DNA of 64,000 bases, from NCBI GenBank assembly GCA_963776345.1, contig CAVZMH010000012.1:96001-160000 (forward strand). Direction: 5' to 3'. Shown piece after piece: positions 9,928 to 20,379 of the stretch (positions are counted from its first letter, which is position 1; each line of letters opens with the position of its first letter). A model generated the notes under the pieces. The model searched no databases, was not told the origin of the DNA, and saw only the letters and a program-made list of their open reading frames with translations. This DNA comes from an uncultured delta proteobacterium (GTDB lineage Bacteria > Myxococcota > Myxococcia > Myxococcales > Myxococcaceae). Made by a program: the position numbers and the translations under genes.

Positions 9928-10347
9928 ATGCCGGACCGAGTGACCTCGCAGCGCGCCGCGCCCCCGGTGGGCGCCTTCCCGCATGCCCGCAGGGTGGGGA
10001 ACCTCCTCTTCCTCTCGGGCATCGGCCCGCGGGTCCGGGGAAGCAAGGACATCCCCGGGGTCACCCTGGACGCCCAGGGCAACGTGACCGACCACGACAT
10101 CGCCATCCAGTGCAAGAGCGTGTTCGAGAACGTGCGCGCCATCCTCGAGGACGCCGGCACCACCTGGGACCGCCTGGTGGACGTGACGGTGTTCCTCACC
10201 GACATGGAGAACGACTTCGCGGTCTACAACCGGCTCTGGGCGGAGCACTTCAAGGACGCCCAGCCGTGCCGGACCACGGTGGAGGTGACCCGGCTGCCCA
10301 CGCCCATCGCCATCGAGCTGAAGTGCATCGCCACGATGCCGGAGTGA
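9928..10347 (+). CDS. RidA-family protein, probable 2-aminomuconate deaminase
   Basis: LFLSGIGPR, DVTVFLTDM, RTTVEVTRLPTPIAIELKCIA; operon context. Confidence 0.85.
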   Translation: MPDRVTSQRAAPPVGAFPHARRVGNLLFLSGIGPRVRGSKDIPGVTLDAQGNVTDHDIAIQCKSVFENVRAILEDAGTTWDRLVDVTVFLTDMENDFAVYNRLWAEHFKDAQPCRTTVEVTRLPTPIAIELKCIATMPE

Positions 10348-10349
10348 CC

Positions 10350-10862
10350 ATGCCCAGGCTGCAGGCCCTCAACTTCAAGAAGTGGATCGACGAGCACCGG
10401 CATCTGCTCAAGCCGCCGGTGGGGAACCAGCAGATCTGGGCCGACCGCGAGTTCATGGTCACGGTGGTCGGCGGCCCGAACGCGCGGCGCGACTTCCACG
10501 TCAACGAGGGCGAGGAGTTCTTCTACCAGCTCGAGGGCGACATCGCGCTCCACGTCCTGGTGGACGGGAAGCGGGAGATGGTCCCCATCCGCGAGGGCGA
10601 GATCTTCCTCCTCCCGCCCAACGTGCCGCACTCGCCGCAGCGCCCGCCGAACACCATCGGCCTGGTGCTGGAGCGGCGGCGGCTGCCTCACGAGAAGGAC
10701 AGCTTCCTCTGGGTCTGCGAGAAGTGCGGACAGGAGCTGTACCGCGAGTCGATCCACCTGACCGACATCGTCCAGCAGCTGCCCCCGGTGTTCGACCACT
10801 TCTACGGCGACGAGAAGAACACCACCTGCCGGAAGTGCGGCACCCGCGCCGCCCGGGCCTGA
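10350..10862 (+). CDS. nbaC: 3-hydroxyanthranilate 3,4-dioxygenase
   Basis: LKPPVGN, VGGPNARRDFH, EEFFYQ, VPHSPQR and two CxxC pairs of the rubredoxin-like site. Confidence 0.95.
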   Translation: MPRLQALNFKKWIDEHRHLLKPPVGNQQIWADREFMVTVVGGPNARRDFHVNEGEEFFYQLEGDIALHVLVDGKREMVPIREGEIFLLPPNVPHSPQRPPNTIGLVLERRRLPHEKDSFLWVCEKCGQELYRESIHLTDIVQQLPPVFDHFYGDEKNTTCRKCGTRAARA

Positions 10863-10874
10863 GGCCGGAAACCG

Positions 10875-11876
10875 ATGCCGGTCGTCGACGTCCACACCCA
10901 CCTCCTCCCGCCCGAGCTGCCCCGCTGGAAGGAGCGGTTCGGTTACGGCGGCTTCCTCGGCCTCGAGCACACCGGCCCCTGCCGCGCCCGGATGGTGAAG
11001 GACGACGGGCAGGTGTTCCGCGAGGTGGAGGAGAACCTCTGGGCGCCGGCCGCCCGGCTGGCCGACTGTGACCGCTCCGGTGTCGAGATCCAGGTCCTGT
11101 CGACCGTCCCGGTGATGTTCTCCTACTGGGCGAAGGCCGGGGACGGCGCCGAGGTGGCGCGCTTCCTCAACGACCACCTCGCCGGCGTGGTGGCCGGCGC
11201 GCCCGGGCGCTTCGTGGGCCTGGGCACGCTCCCGATGCAGGCCCCGGCGCTGGCGGTGCGCGAGCTGGAGCGCTGCGTGCGCTCCCTCGGGCTCGCCGGG
11301 GTGCAGATCGGCAGCCACGTCAACGACTGGAACCTGAGCGACCCCGCCCTGTTCGAGGTCTTCGCCGCGGCGGCCGAGCTGGGCGCGGCGGTCTTCGTCC
11401 ACCCCTGGGACATGATGGGCGAGGGCCGGATGCGGAAGTACTGGCTGCCCTGGCTGGTGGGGATGCCCGCGGAGGTCTCGCTCGCCATCTGCTCGGTCAT
11501 CTTCGGGGGCGTGCTGGAGCGGCTGCCCACCCTGCGCATCGCCTTCGCCCACGGCGGCGGGTCGTTCCCGGGGACGCTGGGGCGCGTCCAGCACGGGTTC
11601 GAGTGCCGGCCGGACCTGGTCGCGGTGGACAACCCCGTGCCTCCGCGCGCGTACCTCGGGCGCTTCTGGGTGGACAGCCTGGTACACGATCCGGACATGC
11701 TGCGCCTGATCGTCAAGCTGTTCGGAGAGGACCGGGTGATGCTCGGGAGCGACTACCCCTTCCCGCTCGGCGAGGCCGAGCCGGGCGCGCTGATCCGCTC
11801 GGTGCCGGAGCTGGCGGCGGCGCGGGCGCGGCTGCTGGGGGAGAACGCGCTCCGCTGGCTGGGGCGCCCATGCTGA
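10875..11876 (+). CDS. 2-amino-3-carboxymuconate-6-semialdehyde decarboxylase (ACMSD, amidohydrolase)
   Basis: [49 protein letters not shown]. Confidence 0.93.
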   Translation: MPVVDVHTHLLPPELPRWKERFGYGGFLGLEHTGPCRARMVKDDGQVFREVEENLWAPAARLADCDRSGVEIQVLSTVPVMFSYWAKAGDGAEVARFLNDHLAGVVAGAPGRFVGLGTLPMQAPALAVRELERCVRSLGLAGVQIGSHVNDWNLSDPALFEVFAAAAELGAAVFVHPWDMMGEGRMRKYWLPWLVGMPAEVSLAICSVIFGGVLERLPTLRIAFAHGGGSFPGTLGRVQHGFECRPDLVAVDNPVPPRAYLGRFWVDSLVHDPDMLRLIVKLFGEDRVMLGSDYPFPLGEAEPGALIRSVPELAAARARLLGENALRWLGRPC

Positions 11877-13142
11877 GCGTCGAGGAAGGCCGGAGGCTGG
11901 CCGAGGACCACGACGCGCGCGACGCGCTCGGGCCGATGCGCGACTCCTTCCTGTTCCCGAGAGGACCGGACGGCGCGCCGGTGGTGTACCTCACCGGGAA
12001 CTCGCTCGGGCTCCAGCCGCGGACGGCGCGGGCCCGGGTGGAGGAGGTGCTGGACGACTGGGAGCGGCTCGCCGTCGAGGGCCACGTCGAGGGCAAGTCA
12101 CCGTGGCTCCCGTACCACCGCTTCCTCACCGCCCCCACCGCCCGCCTCGTCGGCGCGCAGCCGGACGAGGTGGTGGTGATGAACACCCTGACCGTCAACC
12201 TGCATCTGCTGATGGTCTCGTTCTACCGGCCCACCCCCGGGCGCCACCGCATCCTCTACGAGGGGAGCGCCTTCCCCTCGGACCGCTACGCCCTGGCGAG
12301 CCAGGTGCGCTTCCACGGGCTCGATCCGGCCGAGGCGCTGGTCCCGCTCCTCCCGCGCGCCGGGGAGGAGGTGCTCCGTCCCGACGACGTGCTCGAGGCC
12401 ATCGCCCGGGAGGGAGAGCGGCTCGCGCTGGTGCTGATCGGCAACGTGAACTACCTCACCGGCCAGGCCTTCGACGTGGCGGCCATCACCCGGGCCGGGC
12501 ACGGGGCCGGGGCGATGGTGGGGTTCGACCTCGCGCACGGGGCCGGAAACCTGGTCCTTCCACCTCCACGACGACGGGCCCGACTTCGCGGTGTGGTGCT
12601 CGTACAAGTACCTCAACGGAGGACCCGGCGCCCTGGGCGGGGTCTTCGTGCACGCCCGTCATCGCGAGGGCCGGGGACTCCAGCGCTTCGAGGGCTGGTG
12701 GGGACACGACGAGGCCAGCCGGTTCGAGATGGGGCCGCGCTTCCAGGGGATGCCCGGCGCCGAGGGGTGGCAGCTGTCCAACCCGCCCATCCTCCAGATG
12801 GCGGCGCTCCGGGCGTCGATGGAGCTCTTCGACGCGGTGGGGATGACCGCGCTGCGGCGGAAGTCCGAGCGCCTCACCGGGCTGATGGACCAGCTGGTCC
12901 GCGGCATGCCCGGGGTGGAGGTCATCACCCCGGAGGATCCGGCCCAGCGCGGGGCCCAGCTGTCGCTCCGAATCGCCCGGGACGCGCGCGGCCTGGTCCA
13001 GCGACTCGCCGCGGCGGGCGTGGTCTGCGACTTCCGCGCGCCGGACGTCGTCCGGGCGGCGCCCGCGCCCTTCTACACGCGCTTCGCCGACGTGGTGCGC
13101 TTCGCCGAGGTCCTCCGGAGCCATGTCCAGCAGGGGGGGTGA
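11870..13142 (+). CDS. kynU: Kynureninase, +1 frameshift near 12560
   Basis: [34 protein letters not shown] in one frame; [26 protein letters not shown] in the next. Removing one base from CTTCCAC restores a single ORF. Confidence 0.92.
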
Positions 13143-14493
13143 GCGAACCGTGTTCTCCGGCGCGGGCCTGGTGGGCTCGCTCCTGGCGCTCTTCCTCGCC
13201 CGGCGGGGCCGCGCGGTCGAGCTGTTCGAGCGGCGCCCGGACCTGCGCCGGGAGCAGATCTCCGCCGGGCGGAGCATCAATCTGGCGATCAGCGTGCGCG
13301 GGCTGCACGCGCTCGAGCAGGTGGGCCTGGAGCAGGACGCGCTCGCCCACGCCATCTCCATGCCCGGGCGGATGATCCACGGCCGCGACGGAGGGCTGAC
13401 CTTCCAGGCGTACGGGAAGGACGACAGCCAGTGCATCCACTCCATCTCACGGGGGCTCCTCAACCGGATGCTGCTCGACGCCGCGGAGCGGACGGGGCGG
13501 GTGCGCCTGTCGTTCCGGCGGCAGGTGACCGCGCTCGACCCCCTGCAGCGGGTGCTCACGGTGAAGACCGACGACGGACGCACCGAGCGCGTCGAGGGCG
13601 CGGTGGTCTACGGCACCGACGGCGCGGGCTCGGCGGTGCGGCGCGCGGTGGTGGAGGCACGCGGCGGCACCTCGCAGGAGATGCTCCTCGCCCACGGCTA
13701 CAAGGAGCTCACCCTCCCCGCGGCGCCGGACGGCGGCTGGCGTCTGGAGCGGCACGCGCTGCACATCTGGCCCCGCGGCGACTTCATGCTCATCGCCCTG
13801 CCCAACGAGGACGGGAGCTTCACCTGCACCCTCTTCCTCGCCTTCGAGGGCGCGCCGAGCTTCGCCACGCTCGAGGCGCCGGGGGCGGTGCGGGCGTTCT
13901 TCCGCGAGCACTTCTCCGACGTGGAGCCGATGCTGCCGGACCTCGAGGCGCAGTTCGCCGGGAACCCGACCGGCTCGATGGTGACGGTCAAGTGCTCGGC
14001 GTGGCACGCCGGGGACCGAGCGCTGCTGCTCGGCGACGCGGCCCACGCCATCGTCCCGTTCTTCGGGCAGGGCATGAACTGCGGCTTCGAGGACTGCGTG
14101 GTGCTGGACGGGCTCGAGGCGACGGGCGCCCCGCGCGAGGAGGTCTTCGCCCGCTTCGAGCAGCTGCGGAGGCCCAACGCCGACGCCATCGCCGACATGG
14201 CGGTGGAGAACTTCGTGGAGATGCGCGCCAGCACCGCCGACCCGCGCTTCCTCCTGGAGAAGGCCATCGAGAAGCGGCTCCTGGCCGAGCTCCCGGGCGA
14301 GTTCCTCTCGCGCTATGCGCTGGTGACCTTCAGCCGCGCGCCGTACCGGGTGGCCTACGACGCGGGGCGGATCGCCTCGGGCATCGTGTCCGAGCTGGCC
14401 GAGGGCGTGAGCTCGGCGGCGGAGGTCGACCTCGCCCGGGCGCGGGCGCTGGTGGCGGCCCGGCTGACTCCCTTCCTGCGCGAGAGGCTCTGA
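13123..14493 (+). CDS. kmo: Kynurenine 3-monooxygenase
   Basis: GAGLVG, GRSINLA, DGAGSAVR, YKELT, ALHIWPRG, GDAAHAIVPFFGQGMNCGFED, ENFVEM. Confidence 0.94.
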   Translation: MSSRGGERTVFSGAGLVGSLLALFLARRGRAVELFERRPDLRREQISAGRSINLAISVRGLHALEQVGLEQDALAHAISMPGRMIHGRDGGLTFQAYGKDDSQCIHSISRGLLNRMLLDAAERTGRVRLSFRRQVTALDPLQRVLTVKTDDGRTERVEGAVVYGTDGAGSAVRRAVVEARGGTSQEMLLAHGYKELTLPAAPDGGWRLERHALHIWPRGDFMLIALPNEDGSFTCTLFLAFEGAPSFATLEAPGAVRAFFREHFSDVEPMLPDLEAQFAGNPTGSMVTVKCSAWHAGDRALLLGDAAHAIVPFFGQGMNCGFEDCVVLDGLEATGAPREEVFARFEQLRRPNADAIADMAVENFVEMRASTADPRFLLEKAIEKRLLAELPGEFLSRYALVTFSRAPYRVAYDAGRIASGIVSELAEGVSSAAEVDLARARALVAARLTPFLRERL

Positions 14494-15230
14494 TGGACCT
14501 GGGACTGCGTGACCGGCGGGCGCTGGTGCTCGGAGGGTCGTCGGGCCTCGGGCGGGCGGTGGCCGCGGCCCTGGTGGCCGAGGGCGCGCGGGTGGCCATC
14601 TGCGGGAGGAAGAAGGCGCGGATCGAGGCGGCGGCGCGCGAGCTGGGCGCGCAGGCGGGCCTGCCCTGCGACCTGACCGTTCCGGGCGCGGCGACCACTC
14701 TGGTCGAGACGGCGACCCAGCGGCTCGGGGGCCTCGACATCCTGGTGACCAACACCGGCGGGCCGCCGAAGGGCCGCTTCGCGGACGTGACCGACGAGAT
14801 GTGGCAAGAGGGCTTCCAGTCGCTGTGGCTGAGCGCGGTGGACGCCATCCGCGCGGCGCTGCCCGGGATGCGGGAGCGGCGGTGGGGACGGATCCTCCTC
14901 ATCACCTCGACGGCGGCGAAGGAGCCAATCCCCGGCCTGACCGTCTCCAGCGGCCTGCGCGCCGGGCTCCTGGGCCTGATGAAGACGCTCGCCCCCGAGG
15001 TGGCCGAGGAGGGGGTGACGGTGAACGCGCTGCTCCCGGGCTACACGGCCACCGAGCGCATCGCCGAGCTCGGCATTCCCGAGGACACGCTGGCCGAGCA
15101 CATCCCGGCGCGGCGGCTCGGGCGCCCCGAGGAGCTGGGGGCGATGGCCGCGTTCCTCGCCTCGGAGCAGGCGGGGTACGTGACCGGCCAGGCCATCGCC
15201 GTGGACGGCGGATTCATCCGGGGGCTCTGA
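14493..15230 (+). CDS. Short-chain dehydrogenase/reductase
   Basis: GGSSGLG, LVTNTGGP, VNALLPG, TGQAIAVDGG; TGATG coupling to kmo. Confidence 0.88.
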   Translation: MDLGLRDRRALVLGGSSGLGRAVAAALVAEGARVAICGRKKARIEAAARELGAQAGLPCDLTVPGAATTLVETATQRLGGLDILVTNTGGPPKGRFADVTDEMWQEGFQSLWLSAVDAIRAALPGMRERRWGRILLITSTAAKEPIPGLTVSSGLRAGLLGLMKTLAPEVAEEGVTVNALLPGYTATERIAELGIPEDTLAEHIPARRLGRPEELGAMAAFLASEQAGYVTGQAIAVDGGFIRGL

Positions 15231-15720
15231 GGCCGGACCCGTGCACCCCGGGGCGCGACGTCCCGTGCGTCGAGCAGCCGCCCCGCGTAGGTCCGGCTCG
15301 CCTCGACCTTGGCCCCGGTGCGAAGGAGCCGGTCGCCTCAGGGGGTGCGCGCGGGCCGAAGATGGACAGCAGGTGTCCATCCGGATCGCGGAAGTCCGCG
15401 GCGTGCTGGTCCCCGGCGACCAGGCGCGGCTCGCGGCGGAACTCCACGCCCCGGGCGCGGAGCGCCTCGTGCGCGGCCTCGATGTCCTCGACCGAGAAGA
15501 CGACCTCCACCCGCCGCTCGTCCTGGGCGGGCCCGAGGTCCTTGGTCTCGCGCAGGGCGAGGGTGATTCCACCCGCGTCGAGGAAGGCGAACTCTCCTCC
15601 GCTTCCACGCAGCGGGAGGCCGAGCTGGTCCCGATAGAAGGCGAGCGACCTCCCGAGATCGGTCACCCCGAGCATGAGCACGCTGATCCCGGACAGCGAG
15701 ACGCTGTGGCTCTCGGTCAT
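15214..15720 (-). CDS. VOC/glyoxalase family protein
   Basis: VTDLGRSLAFYRDQLG, FRDPDGHLL. The true stop may be near 15338 if a C was lost from a homopolymer. Confidence 0.8.
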   Translation of the reverse strand: MTESHSVSLSGISVLMLGVTDLGRSLAFYRDQLGLPLRGSGGEFAFLDAGGITLALRETKDLGPAQDERRVEVVFSVEDIEAAHEALRARGVEFRREPRLVAGDQHAADFRDPDGHLLSIFGPRAPPEATGSFAPGPRSRRAGPTRGGCSTHGTSRPGVHGSGLRAPG

Positions 15721-15784
15721 GGCGGCGCTCCTTCGTACCGGGCGACGCGGCCTGCGTCGTCTCCGGTTCATTGAGGGTGCCCAT

Positions 15785-15812
15785 TGTCAGACACCTCGTT
15801 CCGACACCTCGT
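15785..15812 (-). repeat. REP-like element, locus A (degenerate)
   Basis: Minus strand reads ACGAGGTGTC-GGA-ACGAGGTGTCTGACA: two left half-sites and a truncated core. Confidence 0.75.
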
Positions 15813-15818
15813 CCCCGG

Positions 15819-16148
15819 TCAGTCCACGATGAACAGCGTCGCCCCGCTCGTCGTCGACGAGCGATGCCGTTCGGCCTGGTCCGCGACCTGGTAGCTCATG
15901 CCCTGGGTGAGCGTGAACCGCCGACCGTCCTCCAGCTCGGTGCTCAGCTCGCCCGCGATGCAGAGCAGGATGTGACCCTTCTCACACCAGTGGTCCGCGA
16001 CGTACCCGGGCGAGTACTCGACCATCCGGACCCGGATGTCACCGAAGTGCCGCGTCCTCCAGACCGCGAGGCCGACGTCGCCGCGGCGCTCGGTGCGCTC
16101 CACGGACGACCAGTCGGTGACTCCGAAGGGGATGTCGGTCATCCGCAT
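15819..16148 (-). CDS. DHCW-motif cupin fold protein
   Basis: RMVEYSPGYVADHWCEKGH, GMSYQVAD, LFIVD. Confidence 0.88.
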   Translation of the reverse strand: MRMTDIPFGVTDWSSVERTERRGDVGLAVWRTRHFGDIRVRMVEYSPGYVADHWCEKGHILLCIAGELSTELEDGRRFTLTQGMSYQVADQAERHRSSTTSGATLFIVD

Positions 16149-16157
16149 GCGTGTTTC

Positions 16158-16952
16158 CTAGGTGCCGCTCCCGAGCGCCTCGATCACCTGCGCCCACGCC
16201 CTGGACTTCGGGTCGATGACGTCGAAGTGGTCGGCGTCCTCCGGCATCACCAGCCGGATGTCGTCGCCCGCCTTGCGCGCCCGGTCCACGAAGCTCCGGC
16301 TCATCGCCAGGGGGACCACGTTGTCCTTCGTGCCGTGGACGACCACCACCGGCACGCCGAGCGGGAGGTGCGCCGCCGGCGACCCCTCGGCGTAGCGCGC
16401 CGGCTGCTCCCGCGCGCTCCCTCCCAGCAGCTCGAGCGTCACGTGCTGGCTCAGCTCGAGCTTGTCCGCCTCGACCAGGTCCGCCACCGGCGCGAGCCCG
16501 ACGACCCGTCGCGGACGCCACGACGGCCGCCGCAGCGCACCCGGGGCCGACGAGCGCGTCACCGCCCACAGCGCCAGGTGCCCGCCCGCCGAGTGGCCCA
16601 TCCACACCGAGCGGGCGAGGTCGAGGCCATGCTTCGCCGCGAGCCCGGGCAGCGCGTCCAGCGCCGCGCTCGCGTCGGTCAGGGTCCCCGGCCAGGCCCC
16701 GCCCTCCTCGCCGATGCGCCGGTACTCGAGCGCCACCGTCGCCCACCCCCGCCGCGCCAGGTCGGCGCAGAGGTGCCCCACGTGGCCGGCGTCGTACGCC
16801 GCGCGCCAGTATCCGCCGTGGATCATCACCAGGGTCCGGAGCCGCTCGCTCCCCGGCGGCCGGCGGACCCAGAGGTGCTGCGACGGCGCCGGGCCGTACG
16901 CCTCACGGACGCCGGCCGGCGGGGGCTCGGTCAACACCCAAGGGTCGGACAT
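16158..16952 (-). CDS. Alpha/beta hydrolase (HSL-like, HGGYW)
   Basis: IHGGYW oxyanion loop, GHSAGG nucleophile elbow, HGTKD, DHF. Confidence 0.85.
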   Translation of the reverse strand: MSDPWVLTEPPPAGVREAYGPAPSQHLWVRRPPGSERLRTLVMIHGGYWRAAYDAGHVGHLCADLARRGWATVALEYRRIGEEGGAWPGTLTDASAALDALPGLAAKHGLDLARSVWMGHSAGGHLALWAVTRSSAPGALRRPSWRPRRVVGLAPVADLVEADKLELSQHVTLELLGGSAREQPARYAEGSPAAHLPLGVPVVVVHGTKDNVVPLAMSRSFVDRARKAGDDIRLVMPEDADHFDVIDPKSRAWAQVIEALGSGT

Positions 16953-17333
16953 TCAGGCGAGGTCCTCGTGGAGGCAGAGGATGTTGCCCTCGGGGTCACT
17001 GAACCAGGCGGCCTTCTCCGACCCGAGCACGCACACGTGCTGCACCGTCTTCAGGCCCGGCAGGTCGTAGTCGTGGAACACCACCCCGCGGGACTCGAGC
17101 TCCTTGATCGCCGCGTTGATGTCGCGCACCCCGAAGCTCACCGCGGTGTGGTCCGCCTTGGTCGGCGCACCGCGCTGGAAGAGCGCCAGGGCCCCGCTCC
17201 CCACCGGGTACTCGTACTTCCCGTCGGGCTTGGCCCGCCCGCGCTTCAGCCCCAGCTTCTGCTCGTAGAACGCGCGGGCGCGTGCCAGATCCACCACCGG
17301 GAGAATCGTGGTCATCGGAACGTCGGCGAGCAT
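16953..17333 (-). CDS. VOC/glyoxalase family protein
   Basis: VVDLARARAFYEQKLG, AWFSDPEGNIL. Confidence 0.88.
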   Translation of the reverse strand: MLADVPMTTILPVVDLARARAFYEQKLGLKRGRAKPDGKYEYPVGSGALALFQRGAPTKADHTAVSFGVRDINAAIKELESRGVVFHDYDLPGLKTVQHVCVLGSEKAAWFSDPEGNILCLHEDLA

Positions 17334-17408
17334 GGCGCCCTCCTCGGGTGAGGCGCGCCACTCGACGCCACCCCGCCCCGCCCGGTCAAGGCACAGCGTG
17401 CAGAAGCC

Positions 17409-18419
<1,011 letters not shown>

Positions 18420-18675
18420 GTCGGGGGCACAATGTCCCCCCCGGCATTCGCGTGCAGCGAAAAAATGGCGCGACCGGCCGCCCGAGATCTCCAGGGCGGC
18501 CGGTCGCCCCCCGGACGCTGCGCAGAGTCGCGGGACTGCGCGCGCCCTCCAGGGCCGCCGCCGATTGGAGCCAGCGGACGTCCCGGGCCGCCCGGTAGAC
18601 GACGGTCGGCGGCCGGACACCACAGCGGAACCGCACCGGTGGTCGCACGGGCCTCGCCGTCGTCTCCCGCGGGCA

Positions 18676-19201
18676 GTGACCGACCTCTCCGGACACGCCC
18701 CGCACGGGCAGCGGCGCGAGACCCCCACCCCCGGCTGGGAGAGCGGGGTCTGGGTCCGCATCCAGCGCCGGCGACGGGCGCGACGCCTCGGCGTCATGGC
18801 CCTCGCGGCGGTCGTCGCATCGACAGGACTGCTCGTCGCTCGGCGCCAGGCCACTCCGGCACCCGGGCCGGTGCGGGTCGACGCAGTCCTAGAGGGCCCG
18901 GCGCGGTCGGACGGAAGCGCGCCCGTCCCCGCGGTCTGGCGCCTTCACTTCGAGGGGGCCGAGCTCCGGGTGTACCGGAATGCGCTCGGCGTGGTGCACC
19001 GCTGTCCGGGCTCGGTGGGCTGCGCGCGCTCGGGCCGGGGCGGCACGCTCGCGCTGCCGGTCGACACCGCGGGCGAGTATCGCGCGCTGGTCTTCTCCGG
19101 GCCCGGCGCGGGAGACGGCGTGACGCTCCAGGGCGACCTCGCTAGCCTCCCGGGCCCGCGGTCACCGGGTGGAGATGTCTCCGGCGCTCGTCGCCTACTG
19201 A
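18676..19201 (+). CDS. Hypothetical single-pass membrane protein, probable frameshift near 19150
   Basis: Short N-terminus ([10 protein letters not shown]), Arg run, TM helix and small beta domain. Removing one C in CTCCCGGG gives ...[19 protein letters not shown] at 19201. Confidence 0.5.
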
Positions 19202-19304
19202 GCGCGCTCGGTTCCGTCCGGCTCGACCTCGTGGAAGACGAGGGGACGGACCGGGCACGGTGGCCCCCCCCAGCGTACCCTGGCGCGGCCGCCGGTCCTG
19301 GCTT

Positions 19305-20372
19305 ATGCCTGGCCGACCTCCCGTGCTTGCTGCCGGCCCGCCACCCTCGAACGAGCCCCTCCGGGACGCCCTGGGCCGCCCGCTCAGGAGCCTGCGGCTG
19401 AGCGTCACCGACCGGTGCAATCTCCGCTGCGCGTACTGCATGCCCGAGCCGGACTACGTCTGGCTGCCGAAGAAGGAGCTCTTGACCTTCGAGGAGCTGG
19501 ACCGGCTCACCGGCATCTTCTGCAGCCTGGGCGTGGACAAGGTGCGGCTGACCGGCGGGGAACCGCTCCTCCGCTCGGAGATCACCACCCTGGTTCGCGC
19601 GCTCTCGGCCCGCCCGGAGGTGCGCGACCTGGCGATGACCACCAACGGGGTCCTCCTCACCGAGCGCGCGCGCGAGCTCCGGGACGCCGGCCTCCGGCGG
19701 CTCACCGTCAGCCTGGACACCCTGCGCCCGGAGCGCTTCCAGGCCCTGACCCGCGCCGACCTCCACGGCCGCGTGCTCGCGGGCATCGACGCCGCCCGGA
19801 CCCTGGGCTTCCCGCTCAAGCTGGACACGGTGGTGGTGCGGGGGACGAACGACGACGAGGTGCTCGATCTCCTGGCCTTCGCCCGCGGCATCGGCGCGGA
19901 GATCCGCTTCATCGAGTACATGGACGTGGGCGGCGCGACCCGGTGGACCCGCGAGCAGGTGGTGTCGCGGGCCGAGGTCCTCGCCCTTGTGGCCGGCGCG
20001 CACGGACCGGTCGAGCCGGCGGGCGCGCAGGGCTCCGACCCGGCCGAGCGCTTCCGGCTGGCGGACGGCACCGTGTTCGGCGTCATCGCCTCGACCACCA
20101 CGCCGTTCTGCCGGTCCTGCGATCGGAGCCGCCTCACCGCCGACGGCACCTGGTACACCTGCCTCTACGCCCGCTCCGGAGCAAACCTCCGCGCGGCGCT
20201 CCGCAGCACCGCGACCGACGCGGAGATCGCCTCCCTCCTTCGGGTGGGGTGGCGCGCCCGGAACGACCGCGGGGCCGAGCAGCGCCTCCAGCTCGAGCAG
20301 CGCGGCGCGCTGGCGGCGGCCCCCGAGCTCCGGCAGGACCCGCGGCTCGAGATGCACACCCGCGGGGGTTAG
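19305..20372 (+). CDS. moaA: GTP 3',8-cyclase (radical SAM)
   Basis: LRLSVTDRCNLRCAYCMP, RLTGGEP, RFIEYM, FCRSCDRSR...C, terminal GG. Confidence 0.95.
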   Translation: MPGRPPVLAAGPPPSNEPLRDALGRPLRSLRLSVTDRCNLRCAYCMPEPDYVWLPKKELLTFEELDRLTGIFCSLGVDKVRLTGGEPLLRSEITTLVRALSARPEVRDLAMTTNGVLLTERARELRDAGLRRLTVSLDTLRPERFQALTRADLHGRVLAGIDAARTLGFPLKLDTVVVRGTNDDEVLDLLAFARGIGAEIRFIEYMDVGGATRWTREQVVSRAEVLALVAGAHGPVEPAGAQGSDPAERFRLADGTVFGVIASTTTPFCRSCDRSRLTADGTWYTCLYARSGANLRAALRSTATDAEIASLLRVGWRARNDRGAEQRLQLEQRGALAAAPELRQDPRLEMHTRGG

Positions 20373-20379
20373 GCGCCCC

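Noticed and set aside
7240..10248. 1002-aa minus-strand ORF and other long shadow ORFs (e.g. 3951-6368, 5' part of 40732-43473)
   Set aside because: Antisense or off-frame to well-supported genes and rich in Arg/Gly/Pro, as expected from stop-poor high-GC DNA. Only the 3' portions listed as features look real.
12541..12580. Programmed ribosomal frameshift in kynU (also considered for kbl and glgA)
   Set aside because: No X-XXY-YYZ slippery heptamer at the kynU site, and similar single-base insertions recur in unrelated genes, which points to sequence error.
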